A stretch of 64,000 nucleotides of DNA from positions 267,113 to 331,112 of the forward strand of contig NMRA01000218.1 of assembly GCA_002633005.1 (NCBI GenBank). The letters are read 5' to 3'. Made by a program: the position numbers and the translations under genes. Shown piece by piece: positions 12,191 to 24,939 of the stretch. Source of the stretch: Phoronis australis. Its lineage: Eukaryota; Animalia; Phoronida. Under the pieces are notes generated by a model, which was not told the DNA's origin, did not search any database, and saw nothing but the letters and a program-made list of their open reading frames with translations. Each line of letters begins with the position of its first letter. The first letter of the stretch is position 1.

Positions 12191-13561
12191 TCACACTGTC
12201 GTGATCCGTTCAGTTGATCCGTTTGACTGAAGAGGCAAAGTGGAGTCGTCTGCTGACGACACACAAAACGTGGCACCATTTCTGTGTCCGTTTCTCGTCT
12301 GCATCACCTTACGGTTGATCATTGGTGTTGAGGACCGCAATCCCACCGATTTCTGTTTGATTTCCTTAAAACAAAATATCCTCATTTTTGTATCCATCTT
12401 GCACATTCTATTTGAGCACAATATCTTTTTGAAAGCTCTCCTGAAATCCACGTTGAAAATCGAGTAGATTATCGGATTCATACACGAATTTAAGTACCCC
12501 AGCCACGTTAGCGCGCCAAATGCTATGGGGTGAATACATTTGCAAAATGCATGAATGACGTTGAAGACGAAAAATGGCACCCAACAAAAAAGGAACACGC
12601 CCATAATAATACCCAGGGTGAACGCAGCTTTGTTGTCCGACACTTTAGAGCCCTTGGATTTTTTGTTATTGTTTGGACCCATTCCGGGACCGAAGCACTC
12701 AAATTTCTGTAACTTCCTGATTTCTTTGGCATGTTTTCTGGCGAAGGCGAAGAGTTGAAAATACAAAATTAACATCACAATGCAAGGAATATAAAAACTA
12801 ACAAGAGATGAAACTACAGCGAAATATACGTTGAAATCCAAAGAGCAAATTGGCAGGTTCGTTTCGTTGTTAATGGGTATCACAGAAATGGAGAAATTCG
12901 TTCCCGGAAGAGTGTGCCAACCGAGGTTAACAGGTAACAATGAAATTAACAGTGACGTCACCCACACTACTCCAATCATGAGCCATATCCTTGGTAAAGT
13001 CATCATTTGCTCATAACGATACGGATTGCGAATATGAATGTAGCGGTCCAGCGAAATAGCACAGAGATTGAGAATACTTGACGTTGAGCACATTACATCC
13101 AGGGATATCCAAATGTAGCAGAATTCGCTAGCAAACACCCAGTAGCCCAAGACATCGTTCACGAGGGCGGGCGTCATTACTAAAATAGCTAGCAATAAAT
13201 CACTCACTGCTAACGACACGTAGAACAAATTGTTAATTTTCTTGAGATAGCGATCCGTTAGCACGGCCACACAAACTAACACGTTACCAAGAATTGCAAG
13301 CAAAATCATCGAACTAAGGAAAAATCCAATGACAATTTTTTGTTCCAAAGCATCCTGTGTCGCATTGTTGGAAATAGGTCCGATAGAGCCACTTGTGCAA
13401 TTCGGCAACGCGGAGTTGTAGATTGGGTTGCCATTTCCCGCCACCACGCTGTTGGCGTCGTGATCGTTTGGCAAAGTAGAGCAGACGACTGACGCACTGT
13501 GTTCACCGGAAATGGCGATACTACCACCGAATCCATCGACGGTTGTACTTAATGCATCCAT
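12191..13561 (-). CDS. Dop1R1: D1-like dopamine receptor (invertebrate DOP1 type), class A aminergic GPCR, 456 aa, single coding exon
   Basis: Seven TM helices. GN in TM1, LAVSD in TM2, TM3 DVMCSTSSILNLCAISLDRY (Asp3.32 and DRY), TM5 SSLVSFYIP (catechol-binding serines), short ICL3 ending SDNKAAFTLG (compare DOP1 SDHKAA), CWVPFF, WLGYLNSCMNPIIY. N-glycosylation sequons in the N-terminus and ECL2, Cys after helix 8, long C-tail ending TTV. Confidence 0.95.
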   Translation of the reverse strand: MDALSTTVDGFGGSIAISGEHSASVVCSTLPNDHDANSVVAGNGNPIYNSALPNCTSGSIGPISNNATQDALEQKIVIGFFLSSMILLAILGNVLVCVAVLTDRYLKKINNLFYVSLAVSDLLLAILVMTPALVNDVLGYWVFASEFCYIWISLDVMCSTSSILNLCAISLDRYIHIRNPYRYEQMMTLPRIWLMIGVVWVTSLLISLLPVNLGWHTLPGTNFSISVIPINNETNLPICSLDFNVYFAVVSSLVSFYIPCIVMLILYFQLFAFARKHAKEIRKLQKFECFGPGMGPNNNKKSKGSKVSDNKAAFTLGIIMGVFLFCWVPFFVFNVIHAFCKCIHPIAFGALTWLGYLNSCMNPIIYSIFNVDFRRAFKKILCSNRMCKMDTKMRIFCFKEIKQKSVGLRSSTPMINRKVMQTRNGHRNGATFCVSSADDSTLPLQSNGSTERITTV

Positions 13562-13770
13562 ATTTGAAGTGGAGGTTTTACGATGTCACCATCGGTATTA
13601 TCACGTAACTAGTCGCTAAAACGTTCCATTTTCGCTAATTTCACGACTTCTTTAACGCACTTTTTACCATCGTTCTGTCAATTGTTATTTCCTCCAGCAC
13701 ATTTCACGTTCTCCGCCAGCCTTCCATGATTTAGATATAAAGGTTCTAAAATAAAGAAAAACGACATTGA
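13562..13770 (-). promoter_or_regulatory. 5'UTR part of the coding exon (13745-13562) with upstream 3' splice site; contains five uORFs
   Basis: Minus strand reads GTCGTTTTTCTTTATTTTAG|AACC, a polypyrimidine tract plus AG at 13747-13746. uORFs at 13704-13727, 13685-13702, 13641-13670, 13609-13629 and 13578-13592. Confidence 0.7.
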
Positions 13771-13814
13771 GTTTGTTTCATCATAAACAGCTTCTAACAG
13801 CAACATCAAAATCA

Positions 13815-14085
13815 CCAGGAGCCCGTTCCACGAAAATGGACTTAAGACAGAAATTTGGTTTTACGCCCCACTTCAAAGTTACCAAATGAAAGTTAAGTCA
13901 CGTAACTATTACCATGTCGCAACCTGGAAATAATTTGTACAACTTTTCCCAGTAAGTAGCAATTGCAGGTATATTCTCAGAGTACTTTGTTCTTTTGCTG
14001 AAGTGAGTATTGACTATTCAGAAATAGTTCGTAACACCAAGTTCTGTCTTAAGCCTTAGTCACTTTTCATGAAACATATTCCATG
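13815..14085. mobile_element. Palindromic MITE (GCCCGTTCCACGAAA-type ends)
   Basis: CTTAAGACAGAAATTTGGTTTTACG (13841-13865) pairs with CGTAACACCAAGTTCTGTCTTAAG (14030-14053). Outer ends CGTTCCACGAAAA / TTTTCATGAAACA. Confidence 0.7.
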
Positions 14086-15259
14086 ACAACAACACAAGCA
14101 GAGCTAGAAGCAGTCTGGTCAGTAGCTTTCGAATTTCATCGAATCATTTGAAAATTAATCGGACATTATTTTGGAGACCACTGTAGTTAAGGCGTAAAAA
14201 TCAAAAACAAAAATAACATTTCCGTACAAAACAATCTGGGCGTCACCAAGAAGGGACAGGAAATTGTACAACGAAATATCGATTACAGCAAAATATATAC
14301 TTGGTCAGGATCCCATGAATTGTATTCCTGACTTGTTTGGATTGAGGAAGTATGCGTACTGGGCTTGCAAACACCGTGTGAAAGAAGAGTAGATCTAAGT
14401 AAAGTGAGTTATTGGATTGTATCTATTTAGTCCTTCACTAGGATCTTGGTTATTGATATTTATCTAATCGCTAATTGAACTTGAGACGAGCTAGCCATCC
14501 AATAAACTAGGTTCAGAGTTTGCATTAAAAGAGAATATATCAAGTTCATTATCGCCCAACCAGCGTCACTACACTAGATATTGACGTTTTAATGACAAAA
14601 ATATTACTCATAATTTTATTAATTGCTAAAAAACTTACTACAACAAAGCTGCACTCGGATTTCATAAAGATTTTGTTGCCGTTGATCAACGTCAGCTTAT
14701 ATCTAGCAAACTGACTGTGAAGTACAATCTTGCGTCGGAAACAACCACCACGAATGACAATTGGCATCCTCGGCAAGAGGGGTCCAGGGTGTCCGACCCC
14801 GGCGTTTACTCGGTTAGTTTTACATTGTTGTAATTAGGAATATCAAGCAGCCCCATGCTTGTAACTTAACTGACCCATCAATTATAAATCCTGGCTACGC
14901 ACCTGCTGGTTTGGTTCAATTTGAATATGCAAACGCCTAACTAAAATAAAAAGATACTCCATTTGTGTTTGTTCTTTTGACCACACGGAACGCCAATTTC
15001 ATCTCAACAAATGTGTGGACGAGGTGAGCACCTCAACGCATGTGCATCGAATAAAGAACCGATGGTTGAATTCACGTAAACAAAATCTCCAATTATCTTA
15101 GCTAAATATAAAACCTTTTAGAGCAAAAATAATATAAACACATTTTAATAGCAACTGCGTATGACGTCAATTCTAAAGGTTGCATGCAGAATGATTTAAA
15201 AAGAGGAAATTTCATTTTTTTGTAGTTTGTGGTCTGCAACACTTTATGAGACAAACACG

Positions 15260-15362
15260 CAAAGGCACGCCTGTCATAGTGTGATTTTCATACAAAGGCA
15301 CGTCTGTCCTAGTGTAATTTTCATACAAAGACACGTCTGTCATAATGTGATTTTCATACAAA
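15260..15362. repeat. 33-bp tandem repeat, 3 copies
   Basis: Unit CAAAGGCACGTCTGTCATAGTGTGATTTTCATA with a few substitutions. Confidence 0.9.
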
Positions 15363-16763
15363 AAATCGACAGAGAGCATGTTCTTTGTCAACTGTTCAGT
15401 CATAAAATTAATAATGACTAAGTTTCGAGACCTGCTAGGTTGAAGCCATTATTTTCAACCGTCAGAAATTAATCAACTCCTTGCTGTTGTAACTAAAATT
15501 CACGCATGTACGAAACACTCCCAAGGGCTACGTTGATATACGAGAATATCCGAGGAGTTCGGAATGCACAAGTGTAGGCTTGTACCTGCGAAATCTTGGC
15601 ATCCGCCCATTCGGCCCAGTGGACGGGTCGGATGGAGAGGTCAACGATGTACACCGACATATGAATATGAGGGCGCATATACTAATCATTACCATCACGA
15701 AAACAGGCGTGACTGGCAGCGGAGTTAGTGGTTGCAGACAACCAGACGCCAGATCTTTCGAGGAGATTTCTTTTTTTCCGGAAACTAATGCGTAGTCAAG
15801 ATTAAACGACACGGATAACAGGATTTGTTCAAAACAAATCAATTTCTTTCAAATTGTATGCAACCAAACAAGCTAATCACATCACGTGTTGTCATTACCA
15901 GGGTGGGTATGAATTTTAGTTATACTTGTACATACACCGACGGAAAACACATACCATGACGTTACACGTCTCGAAGGTGCAATTGAAAACTTGGCTGCCC
16001 AGGGCACAGATGAAATCGCTACATGCGGTTCTTTAATTTTGGATTTTTTTATATGGTAGGTGCTACAAATATCTACAGATTCTTTAAGCAGGTTAAACAT
16101 TAGAACCATAGAAACAGGGGATGTAACAAGAGCAAGCTGGGCACCATTCGGAAGCCACTGCATTTCCTCTATGGTGGTTATCAATCATTCGGTGGTGAAA
16201 TACGATACCGATAAAAAACCTTTGTTGGACTAAGGCAACGTTTTGTCAGTCACTTGCGTGTGTCGATCTTACCACTGATGAATCATGTATTAATGTCATT
16301 TGACAATTGCCCTCACTAAAACAGTCGGAGAGAAATTGCATTTTAGTGTTCCAAAAATAAAATGATCCGGATCTAAAATGGTCTTACAGGTCGTAAAATC
16401 ACACGAAAACTGGTCTGCGATTCGTAGACGTAAAAACCTCATGGGAACGCAAGACCATGCAACGCTTTGTGAGATAACGCTACATGTATGCATAAGCGAG
16501 GCACGTGATCATATTAACTAATTACTCGCAAAATCATTGCATCTTCGGAACACAGGCTAGAGTAGAATTTCCTAAACGCAATCTCGCTAACAAATTACAA
16601 GGGACTGCACGCGCTTCACAGCAGTGCTGTAGTGCACGTAGGCGTAGCCAACCAGCTTTTGGTATTTGAAAGTAGCGCCTACGTACTGTAGGTTACATTC
16701 AGTATTCAAGGTGGTACGGTAGGCTTTGGGTGCCTACTTACCTCTAATTTTACTAGCTGCGAC

Positions 16764-17209
16764 CAGCCTCGTCCCCAAGCCTCAAGATGACGCTGATCGG
16801 TTTAGCCATTTGAGGCTTGGTTGTGGCAATGGTTGGCCGCTGCCTTGACGTCATTAAAACAATGGCAGATTTTAATTGTTTTCACAAGCGTTATTCCTGC
16901 CATTCATGAAACAGAAGACATTGTTTTGGTTATTTTTTGAAATATAGGTTGTCCGAGTACTTATTTTCGATTCTATCATATATTAATCCGATTTCGAATC
17001 AAAATACAACATGTTTTGCAATAACTTAGTCCTAAATCGTTGCAATATAGCGTTGGTTTCAATTTTTATATTATACTGCTGAAAATTTTAAAAGTTATAA
17101 TGCACGTGATATTCCGTAAAATTGTGTCAGAAGTATGACACATTTGATTTCCCACAACCAATCCTCAAATGGCTAATCACCACCATCTTGAGGCTTGGGA
17201 ACGAGACTG
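16764..17209. mobile_element. Non-autonomous TIR DNA element (~446 bp) with probable 9-bp TSD (Mutator- or AcademH-like)
   Basis: TIR CAGCCTCGTCCCCAAGCCTCAAGATG...TTAGCCATTTGAGGCTTGGTTGTGG versus CCACAACCAATCCTCAAATGGCTAA...CATCTTGAGGCTTGGGAACGAGACTG. Flanks AGCTGCGAC / AGATGAGAC (7/9 match). Confidence 0.8.
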
Positions 17210-17282
17210 AGATGAGACGTCTTGCGTTGTCGTGGGATTCTCAACTCGTCTGATTCTGCCTAAGTAATGGTACATTTGGTTC

Positions 17283-17961
17283 TGAGGATGGTTTCGTGAA
17301 ACTTTTCTTGTCTTAACTTTGACAAAATCGGGCTAATTTCTCAAGACCAAAATTAAGACTGAAATCAGTCTAGGCTAAGGCCGGAAGTTATACAGCTATG
17401 GAGCAGGCTTAAGATTGGACTTTTGGTCTAAATAACTAAAGTGTAGGCCTGTTATCACAGGAAACTGTTGTGGAACAAATTTCGTTGATATTATTCACAA
17501 TCTAATGTCCCTATACAAATCGCCAGGTAAAAGCTCGCCTGCTTTCCATTCCAGAACTGGCTAACTCCGTGGAAATATTATTAGTGCGACTTCCATGTGA
17601 AACGACATTTTCCCAGCCAAATCTACGGGGTGTTTTCCAGAAAACGAGATCGCAATTTTATCTGCCAAAATGTAAACAAAACCCCATTTAGATTTTCAAG
17701 ACCAAGATTATTCTTGAAATCGTATTTCAAACACCACCTCTTAGTTTTGTGAATTCTCATCAGGTGGCGAAAGCGTAGTTTGTTTGTTAAAAACCGGCTT
17801 AATTTCTGCCCAAGTTATGACCGACGACCATAATCCGACTTAGTGCTCAAGTTTATGAATTTTCGTCTTCGGTCGTAACTTAGCCCGAAGTTCGTTCTTA
17901 ACTTAGACGAATGTTTGGTATTTAAAAGGCTTATCTCAGTTTTTATGAAACTGGTCCATGG
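17283..17961. mobile_element. Degenerate MITE with GGTTTCGTGAAA / TTTATGAAACTGG ends
   Basis: Terminal motifs resemble those of the 13815 element, with TTAAG/CTTAG-rich subterminal repeats. Boundaries uncertain. Confidence 0.4.
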
Positions 17962-20900
17962 TCTGCTCCCGTTTCATTTTGAAGCAAGTATCACCGTTAA
18001 ATGAAAACGGTTCCATCTGCATCACTTTCAGTGATTTTATTTTCTAGAGATGGTTTGGCAACTTAGCAAGAATCATCTCTTTCATGACATTAATTGATAA
18101 GGAAAGGGTTTTCAAAGGCAAGAGTAGCGGTGCTGAGCACCGCACCTCTACAGCCACACTATTTCAACTCATATCATTTTTAAAAACACAACCAAAAACA
18201 CATCGTCGCACCCTTGGGCCTACATGTAGTATCGCATTGAAAAGAAATGATCACACTGAAATGCACACCCATTAAGCCTAACCACGTTGCAGTGGACTGT
18301 CCACTGTCTATTTGTACCACGACGTTACTCCTGGTACCGACCATCAAAACATTGTACACCGAAGGATATCCAAGAGCTGTAATTAGGTGAGGAAATTAGT
18401 TTAATATCTGATAATATTTACATAAAGTTAGCATGGGCAATTAAACATAACAACAACCGGATAGGCTCTGTAAAGCCCTGGGATTCGTTACCTTCAAACA
18501 AATTCACTTGAGAATAACGTATTAACCTAGTGACAGCAAATCCGAGAGGGAGTGCTTCTTTTCTCACAGCCGACTTCCACGAATGGAGTATGAAGCAACA
18601 TGTCCAACAAGCAATTTTCGTACACTCTACGGATTTTAGAGTTTTAAAGCGCTGGTCAAGGATAATAACAAATTGTGAACGTCATCCAACAATAACTCGT
18701 AAAAACTACAATGTAGATTGGAGGGCATCACAATTCAGTGAAAGCCCTGGTCCACTGCAACATGATTTGGTGTCGGTATACGATTAAGCAATCACAAACA
18801 AAAATGAAAGACTGAACATGAGTCTCAAACTTCGTTAACTGAATACATGGATTTGCAATCTCTAGAGCGAAATCTTCTTGACGCTAACACCACCGATCAT
18901 GATGAGGTTAAATCGCATCACCGAAAACGCACGTTTTTAATCAGATTATTACATGTCCTCAATTTATCCCTGACATCACCGGGTGTTTACTGGCTACGAC
19001 GGTCCTACATTGCATTTGTAAGACGACAGCAGCGAAGCAGATGAAATCGTTCGAAATATGTGAATGGGTGAACTTCACCGAGTCCTTCCATCAACAACAG
19101 GTGTTCAATGTGATTTCGTGTTGCTGACGGTAAGGTTCATGTTCGAAAAGGGTACAACGCGCTTAACTAAGAGGCAAAATTGATCATCAACCACTTCTGT
19201 TATATTCCAGTCTGCTTCTGCTGCTTTTCCCAGCGTCAGCGAATCAGAGTGTCCGAGCGTTACCTTTCAATCATCAGTGTCCGAAAGTTCGTTCTTTAAA
19301 CCAACGAGAAGCCAGGGGCACCACCTTTTGATCAGCAGAGACAGTCGTGACTACGATGTTCTTTCCGACCATACAGTTTGTGTTTAGATGGGCCACATAA
19401 AAATTCCGAAATACTAAAACTTTCGTCATTGACCTGATGGGACTAACCGCCGGTAACACGGAACAAACAAAGCGAAGCAATTTTCGAAATGACACTCCGC
19501 TTTCAACCTGTCATCAATGTTTTCTGATAAACAAAATGTAAATTTTAAGGAAAGTTCCAGACTTAGTTTAGGCAACCAAAAAATAACAGACAATCCCGTG
19601 GGCCACACCGTTCTCTTACACGTGCAAATACATTCAGTCGTAGGCCCACGGCATTCTCTTCTGAGCCGCTGCCGCATACGTGTATATGCACCCAATCCAT
19701 TCTCACATTCGATGTAATTTACCAGGAGCTTGCTTACATATACCTCTTGTTATCGAATGAAAATAGTTGAAGTATTTCAGGAGAAAGAAGCGTGTTCATA
19801 AGACGACATAACGACTTGACGGTGAGGGAGAAAGCAAATAGTAATTCTGAGAAATAAAAGAACATTAAATGAGAAGGCCCATGCGGACCGTGAAAAGAGG
19901 AAGATTCGCAAATCCACAAGATGCGTAATCATATGTTATAGACCAGGGATTCCCAACTCCGACATTTTCTTGCGAATAATCCTAGAGGAGGCGCCACCGA
20001 CTTTCGGAACATCGCTAACTCAGCCTCCGGTTAGTGTACTGCGAGGGGAAATTCTTCCATATATTTTACTGTCTAATATAACGAAAAAATATAATAAATT
20101 TGGCATTGAAACGCTGTTCAAGGTCCTCCAACGGTAGAGTCCATAAATTTTGAGCGGCTCCGGCGTGCATTAGATCTTATAAAAAAAGGAAACGTCTCGT
20201 GGAGTCAATTGCTGTTGAAGTGCGAGATTGGTTTGTGAGTAGGCCTGGTGGTTATTTCTGGACTATTAGGGGGAGCTTTATTTAAGAAGTTAACGTTTGA
20301 CGATCGTTCAACTTATTTACACCTAAATACGGTTTTCTACCTTTTTGAAATTGACCCATCTAACCGAAGTAGTTAATGCCTAGCGTTTATCAGTGACCAT
20401 AGCTGCATAAGTTATTTCGCGACTCGATCGGATTGGAGCCGTAAAATAAGCATGCACACAGCAAACAAATAAAGTAAAATTGACGTCTTGTTCCACGCTC
20501 AAATACAGTGTTCGGCGAAATCCAAAGTCAGCGTGTTGACTGTAGCGAATCAATGGGTTACAAAAGGTTAAGCCAATCGTAGTTATTATTTACGTAACTG
20601 CGTCACAGATAAAACTTAAAGCTGTGGAATGTTGCTACCTTCGTGTATGTTTGGCATCTGACCTTGAAGTCATTAGTATTATTGACACGCACTCCTTCAC
20701 AATACTCGTCAATAACTGTTGGCTTGCCGAGACTCATGAAATAGCCCCTGTGCTACGCCAAGAGAGTCCTTGTCGGACAAGTAATTTATAATCAACAGAA
20801 TTTCAACATTGCAATCTCGGCAAGACTGAGTTCGCCATGGCTGTTTGCAGCAATATGGCCCACCAACAAGCGCACTTACAAATAGAGTAGACTAGAGCAA

Positions 20901-22210
20901 CACATTTCATAGCATCGCCATGTAACACAGGGTGGCATTCGGAAAGTACTGTCTTCTAAAATTATTCATTGGAAAAAGGACTAGATATACATTTACATTG
21001 AGGAGATTCGCTAACACCGAATTACAAACGGATTTGCACTGACTGGGTAAAACGCAATTTCAAGCGTTAATGACAAAACGACAGTAAATTTTGTTTCTTT
21101 CATATCATCCAACGTAGCCAACACAATAATGCGGATTTGATGGTCTCAAACTGTTGGTGTAATAAGCATTAAACATATTTGTAATCAATAATTACTAAAA
21201 GTCTGGGAAGAACAGGTTAATTATTTTTTTATTTGGCGCCTTTGAAGTTAATTTAGGTTTGATACTTCAAAGTAAATGTTTGAAAAGTAAAATAGTATTA
21301 TTTAGTCGATTGATACGACTGAGGTGGGTCACATTTTTTGGTATTGTAAAATTCAACAACAGGCTCAAGCAAGTTTTCAGAAATTCAAATGGGTGACATC
21401 TCGTCAAGGTCTTTGAGCTAGAATGAACTTCTTTCTAAGTTTACGATTGCTAATCAACCAGGATTATAAGTTCACGCAGACGACTTAAAATCGCATTTGT
21501 TGTCTCAAGCCTACACTGGGTGTCTGGGTGTCCACCTTTGTCCAATGAGTCTGAAGAAGTGACGTATAAACAATTTTACTAACTACGAAGGGTAAGAGTT
21601 CACTTACCAAATATAGTACACTACATTGTAATAACGTGTTCACACGCGTATCCCTCGGAATATTATGAATAATCTCGAACCAGACAGAGTAGACAAAACC
21701 CGTCCATTACGTAGGCTTCGCAAATCTTATAACTTTGTCTCTCGACCTGATATCCTGTCTGCCAGTGTGTATGTACATACTTCTATATACTCGAGCAACA
21801 AGGCAAACACATTTCTAAAAAGAACACTACACGGTGATAGCGAGGTAAATCTACATCTATACAGCAATGGAAGTCCTGTGAAAACAAACATCATTGATTC
21901 TTGATAAAATAAATTTGTTCGCGTCCGAGTCTAGAAGGTTGATTGTTAATGATATTAATAGCATCGGGAGCCCGTTTATTTATCGAGTTTTCTATAATTT
22001 CACCCATTAGGCCAATGGAAAACTGTCTCGATTCATAGCTAAAGCGCTTTAATTGAAGCTGGCAGTGAATCTTTGACTCTTGTCTTCCGCATTTAACCAC
22101 GTTCATTTGTACAGGTTCTCCCAACTTTTGTTTCAACAAACACGCAGTTCTTGGATAACCCGGATGTACTGAACTGTTAGAAATGAACGTCATCATGTTG
22201 ATAAAGACAT

Positions 22211-22818
22211 TGAAACATTAAAAAAGGCATAAACATTCGGTTTTCACGACTTCTAAGATTAGTACCGAAAGTTTCTACTCACATCAGAATGTTTTATTAT
22301 CTGATACGACCAAATGCCAATCAATACCTAACTTGATGAAATGGCCAAAATGTCCCATCATATACCTCGGATCCACACACATAGAATCAACATTGATACC
22401 AAAACCCGTAATAATAGTGGCGGCCTCTGTGTTTGAACAAATCTGTTTAACAATCGTGACTAAAACAAAAGCGAGAAGAGGGGCTGTCAAACGGAAGCGG
22501 TAACATTTTACAANTGAAACATTAAAAAAGGCATAAACATTCGGTTTTCACGACTTCTAAGATTAGTAACCGAAAGTTTCTACTCACATCAGAATGTTTT
22601 ATTATCTGATACGACCAAATGCCAATCAATACCTAACTTGATGAAATGGCCAAAATGTCCCATCATATACCTCGGATCCACACACATAGAATCAACATTG
22701 ATACCAAAACCCGTAATAATAGTGGCGGCCTCTGTGTTTGAACAAATCTGTTTAACAATCGTGACTAAAACAAAAGCGAGAAGAGGGGCTGTCAAACGGA
22801 AGCGGTAACATTTTACAA
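22211..22818. other. ~303-bp tandem duplication split by a single N (22514); probable assembly overlap
   Basis: 22211-22513 and 22515-22818 are identical except for a 1-bp indel (AGTACCG / AGTAACCG). Confidence 0.85.
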
Positions 22819-24280
22819 TATTGACTTAAATGTGTAGAATATAACGTTACTTTAGCCACACAGGCCAAAGTTGCATTTCGCCCTTTTAAGCTGGCTAAAA
22901 AACGAAAATCGAATTCAGACGTTTTCTCTCATAAAATCGGTCTCGTAACCTCCCTCATCATGACAGGCTTCTATTTCCGTAACCAACAATATGAAACCAT
23001 CAGCGACCAAAAAGGTTCGGAGTTTATTGGGGTTGGCCAGAGTATATTGGGGAAGGTCAGAGTTTATTGCGAATTCGCATTGCTTGTGACTTGAAACGGA
23101 GGGGAAAAGGAACCATTGCGGTAAGAAAAGATGCGAGACTGCGCTTATGAGAGTAAAAGGATCAATTAGATTTTCGCATTTAGTCAGCTGACCACGGCGA
23201 AATGCAGCTTTTACTTCGTCTATGCATTGCACAGGGGAGCGTGCGCGCCATGAATTGCACAGGTGAGCGTGCGCGCCATGCCATTCCAGAAAAAAAAACA
23301 AATAGGTCTAATGGATTCCGTAATAAAACGAATTCTGTTGAAGACTACCGTCTATGTACATGTACATGCATTCTATGTCCTTACCTATATCCGATGATGG
23401 GAATGCGGTACATCTATTGTTTTGTTTTTAACAGCGACATTTAATCAAGCTCCTCCCACAACACGATTAATATCGTAAACAACCGGTAAGTGTGTGTTGT
23501 TAGAAACTGTTGACTTCTGTTTCATAACGAGTTGTGGCATGTTTACACCATCTGTCACACGCGCACACACTCGCAGCCGTGTTCAGATTCACACACGTAT
23601 AGGAATGGGAGTCTGATTGCCAATTACCGCATCGATACGTCATCGTTATTTACTATCTTCCTTCGTCGTTAAGCCCTTCTCAACAGGTGTCGTGCATTCC
23701 ATAAATTGCTGTTGTTACGCATCCAGCCTGCTAACCTACTCAAAAACGATGCCGTTTGGGAAGATTTTGACTACACTAAGGTACGATCCGATTTGCGTAG
23801 GGTAGTTCAACATTTCAAAACGTTACAGCGGGCAATAGGGCCGTGCCGGATTGCACAGCGATAGAAGTGTCCTGTAACCCGAGGTAAGGATTCGCGTTGT
23901 TTCCATTGACATTGGAATGACAGGCACATCATTTGTCACAGGTCATTTTGGAAACCGTCGAGGTACGTGTAACCGAGGAAATGATCCCGATTTAAACGTA
24001 TCGGGATTGAGGGGTATAAAGAAAGGGGATTCTGTTCGGTTCAACTGAAGATTAACCCGACGAACTTGCTTTATCCACTCGCTCCGCATTTTGTTGTTTT
24101 TGACTGATGTTGAGATGGTGACCAGCTTGAACATCACGCGCCCAAGCCTAATTGTCTAACTTTCCCCCGTTGAAGTAATAATAGTTCGTTGGCATTGGAA
24201 GGATGAACAGCTGCAGGCAAGAAAAACTCGTAAAGAATACACCAACTATAAAGAAAAAGTGGAACTTCAACGACGCGAAA

Positions 24281-24518
24281 GGAGGAGACAGTGTGACTCA
24301 GTGGTTTGCGCTCCGGACTCCTGTTTGGAAGACCCGTGCTCGAATCCTGGCTTTACTGACAGACAAATCGAGCGTTGCACAAAAGTGTCTCCTACTCCTC
24401 TGAGCATGAGCTCTGTCTTACTAACGAGTGAATGAATGTATGCAAGGGAATGAATGAGAACCACTTCAGAATACTTGACTTCGAGTATGAAGTGTAAGAG
24501 AAAGAAAAAGAAAGAAAA
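24281..24518 (+). mobile_element. tRNA-derived SINE
   Basis: Head GGAGACAGTGTGACTCAGTGG (A box) and GCTCGAATCC (B-box-like), ~240 bp, ending in a (GAAA)n A-rich tail. Confidence 0.7.
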
Positions 24519-24939
24519 TGCCAAGCTACAAAACTGCTGAACGGATATTGTGGCATTGTGGGTAAATACGAGATTTGAGTGTCGCAGTGTAATCCGGCAT
24601 GGCCTTATTGAAACTATTGAGCAACAATTGAATAAACAGTTGTCTCAGAAATACAGAAAACGAGAGAAATAATAAATCTTATTCAAAGAACTCTATTATA
24701 TTATACCTTTTTAAGAACCATTACGAGATGTGAAAACAGTGTTCACTTAATTGACGAACTGTAGTGGACACGTGATGACACCCTGTATATTGTGGTTTAT
24801 GACATTTACGCTAGTCAAGACCTCAATGACAAATCTTTACATTTAGCGCAACATCTACCGAACTATGGAATTTAACCGAATAAAATTATAAGTTTTCCGA
24901 GGACAGAAAGAACGTTAGTGCTGATTTAATAAGAGTCTG

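Noticed and set aside
12240-13536. Several short ORFs overlapping the receptor CDS
   Set aside because: Antisense or alternate-frame shadows of the real gene.
22284-22795. Two identical 68-aa ORFs with a signal-peptide-like start
   Set aside because: The duplication is the N-centred assembly overlap, the start is non-ATG, and I see no homology or continuation.
23943-24137. RSEWIKQVRRVN resembling the central THAP Trp motif
   Set aside because: The flanking Cys and CxxHF residues were not found, so the match is too weak.
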